Made by a program: the position numbers and the translations under genes. DNA of 64,000 nt, taken from Massalongia carnosa. Taxonomy: Eukaryota. Below, piece by piece: positions 11,557 through 23,391 of this stretch (the first letter of the stretch is position 1; every line of letters starts with the position of its first letter). The stretch lies in NCBI GenBank assembly GCA_965645245.1, contig OZ287081.1, positions 372,001 through 436,000 on the forward strand. The letters are read 5' to 3'. The notes below the pieces were generated by a model. The model saw only the letters and a program-made list of their open reading frames with translations, had not been told where the DNA came from and did not search any database.

Positions 11557-14313
11557 ATGCCTGGAACTGGCAGCCCAGCATCGTCAGTTTCCCACCATAC
11601 CATCCAGCCTAGTAGATCGATATTTCCACAAGTTCCTGCCTTTGAGCTGGAAACATTCTCTAGTCAAGACTTCGTGGTTAAAGACTTTGTTGAGGCGCTA
11701 TCCGATAGCGCTATCCCCCCCAATCGCCGATCAGGTCCTTCGAACCAGGCTGCCTTTGACCCAAAGCCTTTTATACGGAGCTTTGAGAATGCTCTTAGCC
11801 GCATGTCAGAGCTGTCTCGAGAGTTGGAGACGCGGGAAAACGAGCTTTCTGCGGCCGTTCGCCGCGCAGAGGCTCAGCATGCATCGAATGAGCAGACATT
11901 TGGAAGGAAGCTTGACCAAGCTGTTGACACCTTCAATCTTCTTGACTCTTCCCTAAGTGGTACTAATTATGAGGAAGGTGGCAACGCCGTTGTCAAAATT
12001 GGGGAGAGGTTGGAAGAACTTGATCGACAAAGAACGCGTGCCCAGGATGCAAAGTTTTTGATCCAGTGCTGGATGGAGGTGAGCGAACGCGGAGAGTTGT
12101 TTCTGCTAGAAGATATTAGGCGACAGGGTGGTGGAGACGGCAAAGTTCGTTGTGCGAATATTGCTCGTCAGTTAACCAAGATCAGCCAAAGGCTAGATCC
12201 GGAGAGTTGGAGCCATATGAATGGACATAAAAAGGCTCTCAATGGCACGAATGGAGCCACTAGCGCAAGTGAGGATCACCGACAGCATCATAATACAAGG
12301 GAACTGATCGAAAAATTTTCGGAAACTTTGGAAAAAGATCTACTTAAGTCCTTCGATGAATTTTATCGACGAGAAAATTTTGAAGGCATGAGAGAATGTG
12401 CCAAAGTGCTTCACGACTTCAATGGTGGGGCCAGCGTCATTGGAGCGTTCGTCAATCAACATCAATTTTTCATCGATCGTAGCCAACTCATTAAAGAGGA
12501 TATTGGTGGTGACTCGGAGACGTGGGAACGACTTGCAGACCCCGATACTGAAGCTCCAGGGACTGAGCCTAGCCTGCAATATTTGATAGATGAAGTCAAA
12601 ATTGTGATCCAGGAAGAATCGATTATCATGAAACGTGCATTCCCTTACTGCGAGCAAGTGTTGAGTAGATTTCTGCAACGTATTTTCCAGCAATCCATTC
12701 AGCAAAGACTCGAAATGGTCCTTGAAAAAGCCAACACTATATCGTCGTTGGCTTTTCTGCGGTCACTACAAGCAGCTCGAGCTTGCATCAGTACTTTGAT
12801 TGATGAGCTAAAAGCTCATGGCCTTACGGCACATCCTGAACCAGCCTCATCCCAGATTTCCATTATTCTTGATCAGCAATTTGACGATCTTTTCGTACCT
12901 TATTTCATTGGCTCGTCATACATAGAGAGGGAGAAAAGAAGCCTAGAGGAGTTATACTCGTCCCTTTTATTCAAGTTTACAATATTTCACGTATGGCCCT
13001 TAGAGACGTCCTGATTCCCCTAATACTGACTGGACCAAGTCTCGAAGACGCAAGTTACCAACGACATTCATGAAGTCCCTAGCTAAATCAGGGAGTGAAA
13101 TACTGGCAGCTGCTCGAGATGCATACGTCGAGCGTCTCGATTCTTCCGATCTCGCACCAGCACAAAAAGCGATGCTTCTTCGTCTTGCGCGTCTCAAGGA
13201 TTCCGAAAACGCCAAAGCCCAGGCAGAAATCGAGGTTTCTGACGAAGACGGACTTTTGGATACCGCCAATGCGAAACGTATGCTCAGATGGCTTGCGGAA
13301 GCTGTGGGCAGGGGACTTGAGCTCAGCGGCGGGAACGAAGCAGCGAAAGAAATCCACGCTCTTTTCAATCTACTTCTCGTTAACATGGCCGAGATATATA
13401 TCGAGACTGCCTTGGACGCGTGAGTAATTTTGTCCATCTGCTGATACGAATCCATTGACATTAATGCAAGCGTCAACGATCAAGCCGTGTTGCAAGATCA
13501 CGCCAAGAACGAGCCCGACTTCTCCTATATTCCACAACTACGTACAGCGTTCGCCATCATGCACCTGATGATCACTTGCATTAGAATGATGCTAGTTCCC
13601 CTTGCTTCATCGAATATGAGCATCCGTAGGGAGGTCGAGAATACCACGACGTTCACGATGAACAGGATGGAAGAGAAGGTTAACACCATCATTCAACGGA
13701 CCATCGACGCCGCATTGACATGGGTAGCGAAGCTGCTTGCTACCCAAAAGAAGAATGATTTCCGGCCGCGCGATGATGGCCCGGGTGGTGGGGGAGCGTG
13801 GCTTGAAACGTTGCAAACCGCTGTTTGTCTTCTCTGACGCTAGTAATCATGTGGTAAACCAATCCGACTGACATTGATCTACAGACGTGTCTTTCGATTT
13901 TTACATTCCTAACGCGGCTTCATTCCCTTGTCGTAATGGCTCTAGGTACATCTTCAAACCTAACCTCACTCCTCACTGAAATCGCCGTCGGCCTGCGAGC
14001 TCTCCTTCTGGATCATTTCAAGAAGTTTCAGGTGAATGCCGCCGGCGGTCTCATGGTCACTAAGGACATTACCATATATATTGAGTTGCTGCGTAGTTGG
14101 GAGCTGGATCCGAGCTTTGAGCCTAGTTTCGAAGTGCTCACGGAGATCGGTAATGTATTTGTCATCGGTCCGGAGGCGCTGCGGGAACGACTCAGGGGGA
14201 AGGGTGCCGCTGCAGTGGAGGGTCTCTGGGGAAAGGGTGATATCCGGTCTTATTTGCTGAAGAGGGATGACGCGGGGAGTGTGGGGATGCTGAGCGTGCT
14301 GAGCGCACTTTGA
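11557..14313 (+). CDS. SEC10: Exocyst complex component Sec10
   Basis: FSSQDFVVKDFVEAL, FDPKPFIRSFE, QKKNDFRP and LLLDHFKKFQVNAAGGLMVTKD. Three short introns near 12991, 13420 and 13823 join ORFs 11557, 13070, 13487 and 13936. Confidence 0.93.
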
Positions 14314-15233
14314 ATTGGCCAATTGAGATGCCCCTTTGCATCATCGGCTCCAAAGCCTCGTGCCCCGACGACATTCATTGTATTATTTCTGGTCTCCCCG
14401 AATTCCAAAATCCGGCACATTGATCCATCAGTGCTTGGCGCATAACTCGCGGCGCCCCCGCCTTCCCCCTCACACCTTTCCGGAGCATCACGCGTCCCGA
14501 GCGCAACAAAGCAAACCGTCCCTAGCTCGGAAAACCATCCGTAACACCTTTCAGCCACCCAGGCCGAACGAACCAAGCATCCCAATCGACATAGGGCAAT
14601 CGCCGGATTCGGGAACAAGTACCTTTCAGATCTCCTACGCCCACGGCCCAAGTAGGTGCTCGTACTACAACCACCCAGCTAGACACTCGCCCATTTACCC
14701 CGGCCCGGGGCAACTTTGGACTTTCGGGCGCTGTTCCTCCTAGAAGGCGGGATTCGACGAGATGGAACCGGTGAGCGGGATTAGTGATGAGGGGTTAGGT
14801 TGAGGGTGTGGGGGTGGGTGATGTATGTATATATGTTATGTATATATGTTATGTGTGTAGGCAGGAACGGGGTTTTTACAAGGCAGGTGGCATGGAGCGG
14901 GATATTTGGGCCGAGAGGAGTGGTTGATGGAAGTGTCGGTTGAGGTAGGGTGTAAGAGTGTTGGGGGGGGGGGGAAGAGAAGAAAGAGTATAGGGGCAGG
15001 ATGAAGGTATCCTATCAATCGATAGATGGATGCAACAACAAACAGCATCTTCTTGATCAACCCCTTCCTTCTTCTATCATTTGTTTATTCTCTATCGTAC
15101 TCCTTCTCATTCATTCCTCTCCCTACGCTTCCAGCAAGGAGATGGCCCTTTCCCTTCTTCCCACCCCTATATCTCGATCCCCTATATCTCGATAACCCCC
15201 ACCCACCCACCCCAAAGGCAAAACCCAAACCCC

Positions 15234-16619
15234 CTAAATCCCCGCCTTCCCCAACCTCTCCGCCAACTCGTCCACATCCTTATCCTGCCTCTGCGCCACC
15301 GCGCCAGTCTCTTCCACCAAGTCCGCATCCTGGAGCAAGCGCTCCGCCTTCGCCTCGCGGATCTCCTCTTCCTCGCTCGCGTTCCCGTCATCATCGTCGG
15401 CGCGATTGCTCGCATCCTGATCACCGTCACCGTCGTCGTCGTCGTCGCTCTCCTCTTCTAGATCGCTCAGGTCGTCCAAGCCCCACTCATCCCGTTTCGC
15501 CGCGTCTTGTTTTTCTCCCCCACCCCTCCCCCCCGTCTTGGCGTGATCTTCGCGCCTGTCGTCCAGCAAAGCCCGCAGAGCCGCCACGCTGTCGTCGTCC
15601 TCGCTAAACTTGTTCCCGTTCAGCTCCAGGCGCCGCAACGAGGGTAATCCCGCCTTCGCGGCCTTCAGCAGGGCCTTCACCCCGCCCGCGTCGATGTCGT
15701 TGTACTGCGCCCTCAGCACCCGTAACTGTGCGTTGTGGCCCTTGGCCAGCGCCTCCGCGACCAGCACCCCACCCCGAGCCCCGAGCAAACAGTCGCCAAC
15801 CCCTAACTCCGCCAGTTCTGGCCACCCGCCCGCCACCTCGGCCAGCGCGCGCGCGCCCACGAGCGTGAACGTGTTGTCCTGCAGATCGAGCATCCGCAGC
15901 GCGGCGCACCCGCCAAGCCCCTCGCGCAGCAGCAGCGCAATGCCTTCCTGCCGAATCCCGTTCTGCACCATCTTGACAGTGCGCAGACCACGGCGGTGTG
16001 CGCGGAAGGTGGCCGCCCACGCGGCCATGCTGCCACTCTCCAGCCGGTTGCGGCCGCATATCACGGTTTCTAGATCCGGTACATCGCTGTCGCTGTGGTT
16101 ATTGTCGGAGTGGCGGCTTTCTGCTGATGATCGTGCTTCCTGCTTGCGGGCTGCGAGGGCAGTTAGGGCGTCGGCAATAAGGACGCCGGCGCGAGGGCCG
16201 AGCCCATTGTTGTTCAGCACAAGGTGCTGTAGCGGGGTATGCTGGGCGAGGAAATCGACCAGGGGCGCCTGCGTGTTCAGGCCAAAGGCGTTGTCGGAGA
16301 GGTCGATGGTGTGGAGGCGATGGAGGGGCAGGAGCGCGGTTAGGAGGGAGGAGAGCGCAGGGGGGATTTCGGAGAGCAGGCGAGCGGTGAAAATATCGGC
16401 TAGGTTAGCGGTGTGCAGGGTGGATTTTTCGCGCAGAATGGTAGCCAGGTATGCGCAGGCGGCGGGGCCGAGAGTGTTGCCCCCGAGGCGGATTTCGGTG
16501 ACAGTGGTGGAGGTAGTAAGGGCGAGGAGATGCGGGCGAATGTCGTCTTCTGAGTCGAGTTTTAGGGAGGCACTGGAGAGTGTGAATATTGCGATTGGAT
16601 TGGGGGCTGAATCAGCCAT
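15234..16619 (-). CDS. RNA1: Ran GTPase-activating protein (LRR domain plus acidic tail)
   Basis: 461-aa ORF with LGGNTLG, ADIFTARLLSEIP, LSDNAFG, GRNRLESG, VQNGIRQEG and DLQDNTFT, followed by an Asp/Glu-rich C-terminus. Confidence 0.95.
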   Translation of the reverse strand: MADSAPNPIAIFTLSSASLKLDSEDDIRPHLLALTTSTTVTEIRLGGNTLGPAACAYLATILREKSTLHTANLADIFTARLLSEIPPALSSLLTALLPLHRLHTIDLSDNAFGLNTQAPLVDFLAQHTPLQHLVLNNNGLGPRAGVLIADALTALAARKQEARSSAESRHSDNNHSDSDVPDLETVICGRNRLESGSMAAWAATFRAHRRGLRTVKMVQNGIRQEGIALLLREGLGGCAALRMLDLQDNTFTLVGARALAEVAGGWPELAELGVGDCLLGARGGVLVAEALAKGHNAQLRVLRAQYNDIDAGGVKALLKAAKAGLPSLRRLELNGNKFSEDDDSVAALRALLDDRREDHAKTGGRGGGEKQDAAKRDEWGLDDLSDLEEESDDDDDGDGDQDASNRADDDDGNASEEEEIREAKAERLLQDADLVEETGAVAQRQDKDVDELAERLGKAGI

Positions 16620-16943
16620 GATTGATGTAGTACGTAGAGAGAGGGAATGTTTTACTCAGAAGGTTTATAAGAGTGTTGGGGAGGGGGGTTTGTTTTGGAT
16701 CGGGTTTGTGGAGACTAACTTAGGCAGCCCTATGTATCCCTCTGGCCTCCTCTGTACATCCCCTCTAAAAAGACACTTGGAACACCTTTGTTCCTGATGA
16801 GATGGATGCCCAGAGACCAGCCAAAAGGATATTTACATTTCCATGATATATACTCCTACTTCCCTCCCAACAACGACAACGACGACGACCACGATCACGA
16901 CCACGACGCTTGGGCTTCCAATATTTTCCAAAAGCTTAAACAA

Positions 16944-17629
16944 TCAGGAATTGCCCTTCCCCGGTCGCCACAGCCTCCTCGCAGTCACCATAACCTTGCC
17001 CCCATTGAGAGGATCCTCCTCCTCCAGCTCCTTCCAATACCGAAACCCATTCCGCTCCAATACCTTGATGCTCCCCACATTACTCTCATCCACGATGGCC
17101 ATCAGATAATCCCTCTCCTCCCCCTCCAGCGCCGGATGCCCCTGGGGGAAAACATCCCAGTAAGCTGTCACCACCGCGGCCACAGCCTCCGTGGCGTATC
17201 CTCGGCCCCACACCAAAGGGTCGAACATGTAGCCTATCTCCGGAAGATTGTGCCCACCGCAAACCCCGATGGGTCTGTGCGTGTTGTAGGTTTCGGTTTC
17301 CTGCGCGGAGGGAAGGGCTCCGTCGCCGCTGGCGGGCTCATCAGGGAGCAGCTCAACAGCAAAATTCCACCAGCGGCCACTCGCTAGCCGAGCCTCGATC
17401 CACGCGTGAGATTGCGACTCGTCAGTCTCGGGCGTGCTGAAAAAGTGTCAGAGAATGTCCTATGGCATGGAGTATTCTGAATAGCCAAGGAAGCTCACGT
17501 CCAGAATAAGACCTTAGGATTTGACCGTAAGCGAAACATGTGCGGGGTATCTTCTAGCTGTAGTGGACGAAGAAGCAAACGGGGGGTTCTGATGGTGACT
17601 TCATGGTTTGGAGGGGTGGATGTATCCAT
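16944..17629 (-). CDS. GNAT acetyltransferase, RimJ/RimL-like
   Basis: Exon 1 (17629-17499) encodes IRTPRLLLRPL. Intron 17498-17437. Exon 2 contains WGRGYATEA and NVGSIKVLERNGF. Confidence 0.88.
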
Positions 17630-17829
17630 TTCCGATAGTTTGAGTATGAAGCCTGAGGGGAGGCATGATCCCCTTTCATCGCAGCGATTTATGGCAGAAG
17701 CAGCTTCATTTTTGAGACTGAGGTAAGAAACCGACCTTGCAGCCCTATCGGGCCGAAAACACCCGCTTAAACTCCAATTCCCTATAATTCCTTCTTCTTC
17801 AACGCAACGCAAAAATCCCACCACGCAAA

Positions 17830-18256
17830 ATGGCCTCTTCCATACTCCCCACCTCTTCGCAAGGTCAACACTCTAACCCTCTCCTCCATCCCTCAACCTC
17901 CCAACCCAATTCTCCCAATAATACTAATAACCATCCCCCGTAACAGCGCCCACCCTCGCCCCCACGAACCTAGCCCCGGACCTCAAGCCCCCCGGAGAAG
18001 TCACCGCTGCTGCCGTCAAAGTACGCCTTCCCTCCACTTTCTTTCCTTCCAATCCCCCCCCCCACCGGGACTTTTGAATCTCCGCTAACGACTCAACCAA
18101 ACCCCGACAAAGCCGTGTTGCGTATGCAAGGACGAGAAAGCGGCGCGGGACGAGTGCATGCTGTTTTCCACGGGCGCGGATCCGACCAGGGAATGCGAGG
18201 GCATGGTGGATCGGTATCGGAACTGTATGCGCGGGTTTGGGTTTACGGTTGGATGA
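17830..18256 (+). CDS. COX17: Mitochondrial copper chaperone Cox17 (absent from the ORF track)
   Basis: Inferred exons 17830-17863, 17947-18020 and 18113-18256 give ...KPCCVCKDEKAARDECMLFS...ECEGMVDRYRNCMRGFGF, i.e. CCxC plus twin CX9C. Confidence 0.93.
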
Positions 18257-18670
18257 TTGGAGTGGCGTGTATCTAGAAGGGTTGGGGGTGGTATGTTTGT
18301 TGAGTGGGGAGGTGAGGTTTTTTGAGAGGGAAAGGAGGGAGAAGAGGGAATAAGAATTGGGAAGGGGTGATAATGGAGGAATGCAGAAGGGGAGCGGGGG
18401 CGGGGAGATGAATCGCATTTGTGGGGGATCGAAATGAGCATTTTCGTGCGGGTGTATGAGTTATAGAGAAAATTATATCAACTGGGAGAAGGGGCTATGG
18501 AAGGGATATAAGATATATGTATGTGTATTTCCCCCCGGGGGGAGGGGAGATAGATTCCATTCTTATAACATGGGTTATGGCACGATAGGTATAGCGCAAG
18601 ATGTAAACTAGGGTATCTTTAGTCCGGATGAAGAACATATAAAATATACAAGATCTGTCCCGGATCCAAA

Positions 18671-20581
18671 TCACTGCACTTTCTTCCTGCCATCAGCGCT
18701 CTCCACTCGCCTCCTGAACCCAAAGTAGTCTTCCATGATGCCGCTCTTAACGATCAACTGCCACGTGCACCAGACCAGGCAGATGGCGAACCCTGCGGCT
18801 CCGAGCACCGCGTTGAGCACAACCCACAGGTCGGGCTTGCCCTCGGGAGGCGGCACGGAGGCCTCTAGCAAATGCCACACGACCATCGCCGCGTAGAAGC
18901 CCAGATGGACAACCTTGGTTATGGTGGAAAGGCCTTGGGGGCGGGATCCGCGGCTCGCGTAGAGCGACAACGACGTCGGCGGCAAGCCTAGCAGATAGGC
19001 CCATAGCAATGAGAGGACAAAGTATGGGACCCTTAGTTCGTCACGCTTCAGCAAAGGGAACAGTGTCCAAACGCCTAGCATGTTTGCCCAACCGACCCAC
19101 GCTCGCACCTCGGTTCCTAAACCCCCATCACCGCCCAGTAGCACCGTCATTGGAAGAAGTGGCAGTAGCACGCTCTTCTCATGCACTTGGAAGGAAAAGA
19201 GAAAGAACCCCCACGCCGAGCTTGCCATTGCCCATGGCAGCAGCTCCTTGCGAGGAAAGAGAGAAATTGTCATGCCGGTAGGAAGGATCGAGATGAAAGT
19301 CGCCAACAGGGAGACACGCTGCGCCGTGGGTTTCGGGTAGACGTGCAGTTTGTGAACGGTGTTGAGCGCGCACCAGAAATTGGCAACCTTGTCTTCGTAG
19401 AGACCGCGGGCGAAAGGGAAAATTCTGTGGATGGATTGAGCGACCTGAACTAAAGGCGGGTAATACCATGCTTTCGGATTCGAAGCGGCAAGTGCGGAGG
19501 AAAAGGGAGGTGGGAGAGAGGTTAGGTTGAGCTCGAGAGTTGGGGAGATGCCGCGTCTGCTATCGTACAGGGACCCAAGAAGCAACGGAGAGAAGAAAAG
19601 TCCAAAGGAGAGCAAAGTAACTATTGCGATAGCTAGAAAGCGTTGAAGATTCGGATTTGGGACTAGAGAAACGCCGAGCAGATACGCAAAGATAGCCGGT
19701 GCATAATAAAGACCCATTTGTTTGAAAGTTAGAGCAGCCACGAAGAAGACGGCTCCCCAGAGAAATCGGCTTGCAAGCATACTCGAAAGGCTGGCTAGAA
19801 CAAATCCAAGCATTACTGTGTTGTACTGAAAATGGCCATGGTCGATGAGAATAGTAGCTGGCTGCATCAGGATTGCTACAAGTGCGATTGAGCTCTCCCA
19901 TTTATTTACACCGCGAAGTCGAGAAAATTTGCGATTGAGAATCACGGCGGCGGGTATATAGACAAAATATTCAGATACTAGGACGCTTGCACGCATGTAC
20001 ACTTTGAGAAGCTGCTCCTCGAATCCTCGAGACGAGTGCAATGCAAACCAGTTTGGATTGATCCGAGAGCCACTAGCAATAGATCAGTCAACTTACACAT
20101 CCCTAAAGTTGACTGACAGCCTACATTTGGCCCAGAACCCAGCTATGGTAAGCGGTCAAAGGTGGATAGTCAAGGCCCCAGTAGTCCAGGTCATGAAAGT
20201 ACCACTGCGAGATTGGCAGATGGCGTGTTATCTCCATCCAATGTCTTTGAGCCTCGAAATCGCCATGCATTGGGGGAGCATTGAAACCTAGCTTTCGGTC
20301 AACAAAATCATAAAACCCCTCGTGGGTATCATAGACAGACCGGAATAGCCCCAGAATCCAGTCACCCATCTGAAGAGACCAACCATCATCAAGACAAGCG
20401 GTAGAATCACCCATTGCGACGCCGACTTCCTTGCAGGCCAGAGAAACGAAGCCAGGGGAAATGCAGGTCGCAGCGTGGTTGTTGATGGGTCTATGATGAC
20501 TGCATCGTTACTGCCGACGGCTGACGAAGTAGACCCCTTGGTTTTTTTTCTTGGCCTATGTGAAGAATCCGCTGGTGGCAT
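18671..20581 (-). CDS. ALG6: Dolichyl-PP-Man9GlcNAc2 alpha-1,3-glucosyltransferase
   Basis: [60 protein letters not shown] and [12 protein letters not shown]. Multi-TM protein with a C-terminal dilysine-type KKVQ. Two introns near the 5' end. Confidence 0.95.
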
Positions 20582-21347
20582 CGTAGGTTGTTGAACGATC
20601 TCCATCTTCTCCAAATTTTCCCATTTCATCCCGTCAGCTAGAAGCGACCAATAATCACGTGAGCTAACTAGCAAAAGATAAGATGCCGACCAATACGGAG
20701 AAACCTGCCGTGCGAAACTCCCACATGCTAGCCTTTCTAACCGAGGAGCTAAGGGAGCGGTCAACGAAAATTTTCCTCTTAAGCTCGAAGCTCCCCCACC
20801 ACTCTCCATCCACAATTCTATCCTCCCAATCATCATCCTTCCACCATACTTTCGTATCAATCCTCTCGGGCTTTTCCTACTTGAATATTTTCACATGTCA
20901 TTGAGGGCTTCAGTGGGGTTCGCAAATTGACTGTGCGCGTTTGACTTGAGGGCTTATCTGTGGGCTGGGAACTCAAACATTCCTATTGAGAATCAGCAAG
21001 CGGTATCTGTGAGCAGATTGTGACTACTGTGGGCTCGGAGCATTACATTTGCACCTTACTGTGAGATACTTGAACAGTCGCGGCAACGCTTCTGACTTGA
21101 GACTTCTGTTGTGGGCTTGTGGGCTTTGGACGCTAGTGGGATTATCGCAAACTCCGAGGGCTTGCCGCACAAATCGAGATTTGATACTAGAAATTTGGAA
21201 ATTGGTTAAGTGTTGTCAGAGGGAATTAACCTTCGGCTATTCATTCTGTGACACAAGTACGCTGATGCTCCACCTCTTGTCCCTTACTTTCTTAACCCTG
21301 TGCTAACACCAACTGTTGTCATAACAGAAGAAGACATCTTAGTCGCA

Positions 21348-23033
21348 ATGGCTCGTGCCAAGAATTCCGTTGGCAAGGCCAGCAAGGATGCACAGGTCAA
21401 AGCGATTTCTTCGGTCAAGGAAGGCGCCATTACTAAACCGTCCCAGATGCCAAAGTCGAAGAGCAAAGAGATTGCTAAGCAGGTTGCAGTGAAAGCAGAG
21501 AAGGCGGCAAAGGTAGACAAGAAGTCCAAAAAGGCGAAAAAAGAGCCTACACCTGAGCCTACTACATCAGAGAGTGAGAGTGATGAAGTTATCACAAGCG
21601 CTAGCTCAGCTAGTAGTGAAGACGAGTCCGAATCTGAGGCAGATATTGTCAAGCCAGCTGTAAAGTCCAGTGGGGTCAAGCTAAATGGAGCTGCTAAAGC
21701 TGCTGCGAAGGTGGCGCCTGAGAGTTCGGATTCATCTACTTCCTCCGATGATGAGAAAGAGGCTAAGCCGGCACCAATACCGGTTCCCGCCGCTGCAAAG
21801 TCCGCTCCAGCAGCTACCAAGAAGAACGGAGCTACCAAGGCTGATAGTGAGAGTGAGGACGAGAGTGACATGAGCAGTGACGACAGTGAGGAAGAGAGCG
21901 ATGATAATGACCTTACTGTTCCCGGTGCCATTGATTCGAAAGCTTTGAATGGCGCGCTTGAAAAGGTTGTGTCTCAACACGTATGTGCTGTCTTTTTATT
22001 GCTTAGCCTGCTTTCGTCCTCGATCTGACTGATTACCTAGGCCTCTTCCGCAGAGGATTCCGATAGCGCCGAGTCATCTAGCTCTGCCTCCGATTCCGAC
22101 TCAGACGCAGCTGATGAGGAAACTGCTCCTTCGAAGAAACGCAAGGCTGATTCAGATGCTACACCTGCCGCGAAGAAGTCCAAGACAGAGGCGACAGGCG
22201 AGGATAGCGGCCAAAAGAATCTCTTCGTCGGTCAGCTATCATGGAATGTTGACGAGGATTGGCTCACACGAGAATTCGAGGGGTTTGGAGAACTATCGAG
22301 CGTAAGAATCATCAGTGACAAAGCAACAGGCCGTTCCAAAGGGTTCGTTTACTCAACCGAGCAATGCTTCTGGGTCAGAGGCTAACTCGATCATAGATTT
22401 GGGTACGTTGAGTTCGTCAATTCTGCCGACGCCGCAAAAGCGCAAAAGGAGCTTCATGGAACCTCTATCGATAACCGTGCTATCAACGTTGACTTCTCCA
22501 CTCCGCGTGCCGATGCGGGAGCTGGCGGAGCCGGAGGTTACAAAGAGCGCTCCAAGTCATACGGAGACCAGAAGAGCCCCCCAAGCGATACGTTGTTCGT
22601 TGCAAACATCTCCTTTGAAGCTACAGAGGACATCATTGGACAGGAATTTGGCGCGCATGGCAGTGTTCTAGGCGTACGCTTGCCTACCAACCCTGACGAC
22701 GGCAATCCCAAAGGGTTTGGATATGTACAATTTGCGTCGGTTGATGAAGCCACTGAGGCTATGAACAAAATGGCTGGTGCTTCCATCTGTGGCCGCCCCA
22801 TTCGTCTCGACTTCTCTACACCACGTCCTGCCAATAATGGCGACTCGCCACGTGGTAATCGTGGAGGAGGTCGTAGCCGTGTAAGCTTTGACCGTGGACG
22901 GGGTGGTCGTGGACGTGGCGGTTTTGATCGAGGCGGACGTGGAGGGGATCGTGGTGGTCGTGGAGGCGGTCGTGGAGGCTCAACTAACCGTGGTGGCTTC
23001 GGCGATTTCAAAGGTAAGAAGATGACGTTCTAA
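21348..23033 (+). CDS. NSR1: Nucleolin-like protein Nsr1/Gar2
   Basis: Lys-rich and Ser/acidic N-terminus, two RRMs (LFVGQLSWNVDE, LFVANISF, KGFGYVQF) and an RGG tail ending FKGKKMTF. Introns near 21981-22040 and 22343-22397. Confidence 0.92.
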
Positions 23034-23391
23034 AGCGGAAGCATCCGGCTCTTGTTAAGCTCATCTTACGCATCTCTTTACTACGGCCTCTTCCATGGGT
23101 TCGGCTGTTGAGGAGCTCTTTTCGAGTTTTCCTATGTCCCATATGCTTCTCCCGACAAGTCAAGGGGGGGTTTTTACAAAAGTTTGCGTCCTTCACTCGT
23201 CCAGGCTTCCTCGAGGCTCTAAAATCATGTAAAGTGCAGTGCTTCCCCTAGTGCTAGAAGAAAATTTTGTGCTTATAGCATAGTCTCGGCTTCCATAGTA
23301 GAATGCAAGTGCTTATCAAAGCTCTAATTCCACCAAATGAACACCAATAAGTAATCGAACATATCCGACAAGAGCGGTCAATATGCACGAT

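Noticed and set aside
14336..14900. Possible small spliced gene or ncRNA between SEC10 and RanGAP
   Set aside because: Intron-like signals exist on the minus strand, but I found no convincing protein or RNA-family motif.
15026..16797. Long plus-strand ORFs (193 and 395 aa) opposite RanGAP
   Set aside because: Antisense shadows of a GC-rich gene, low complexity and without recognisable motifs.
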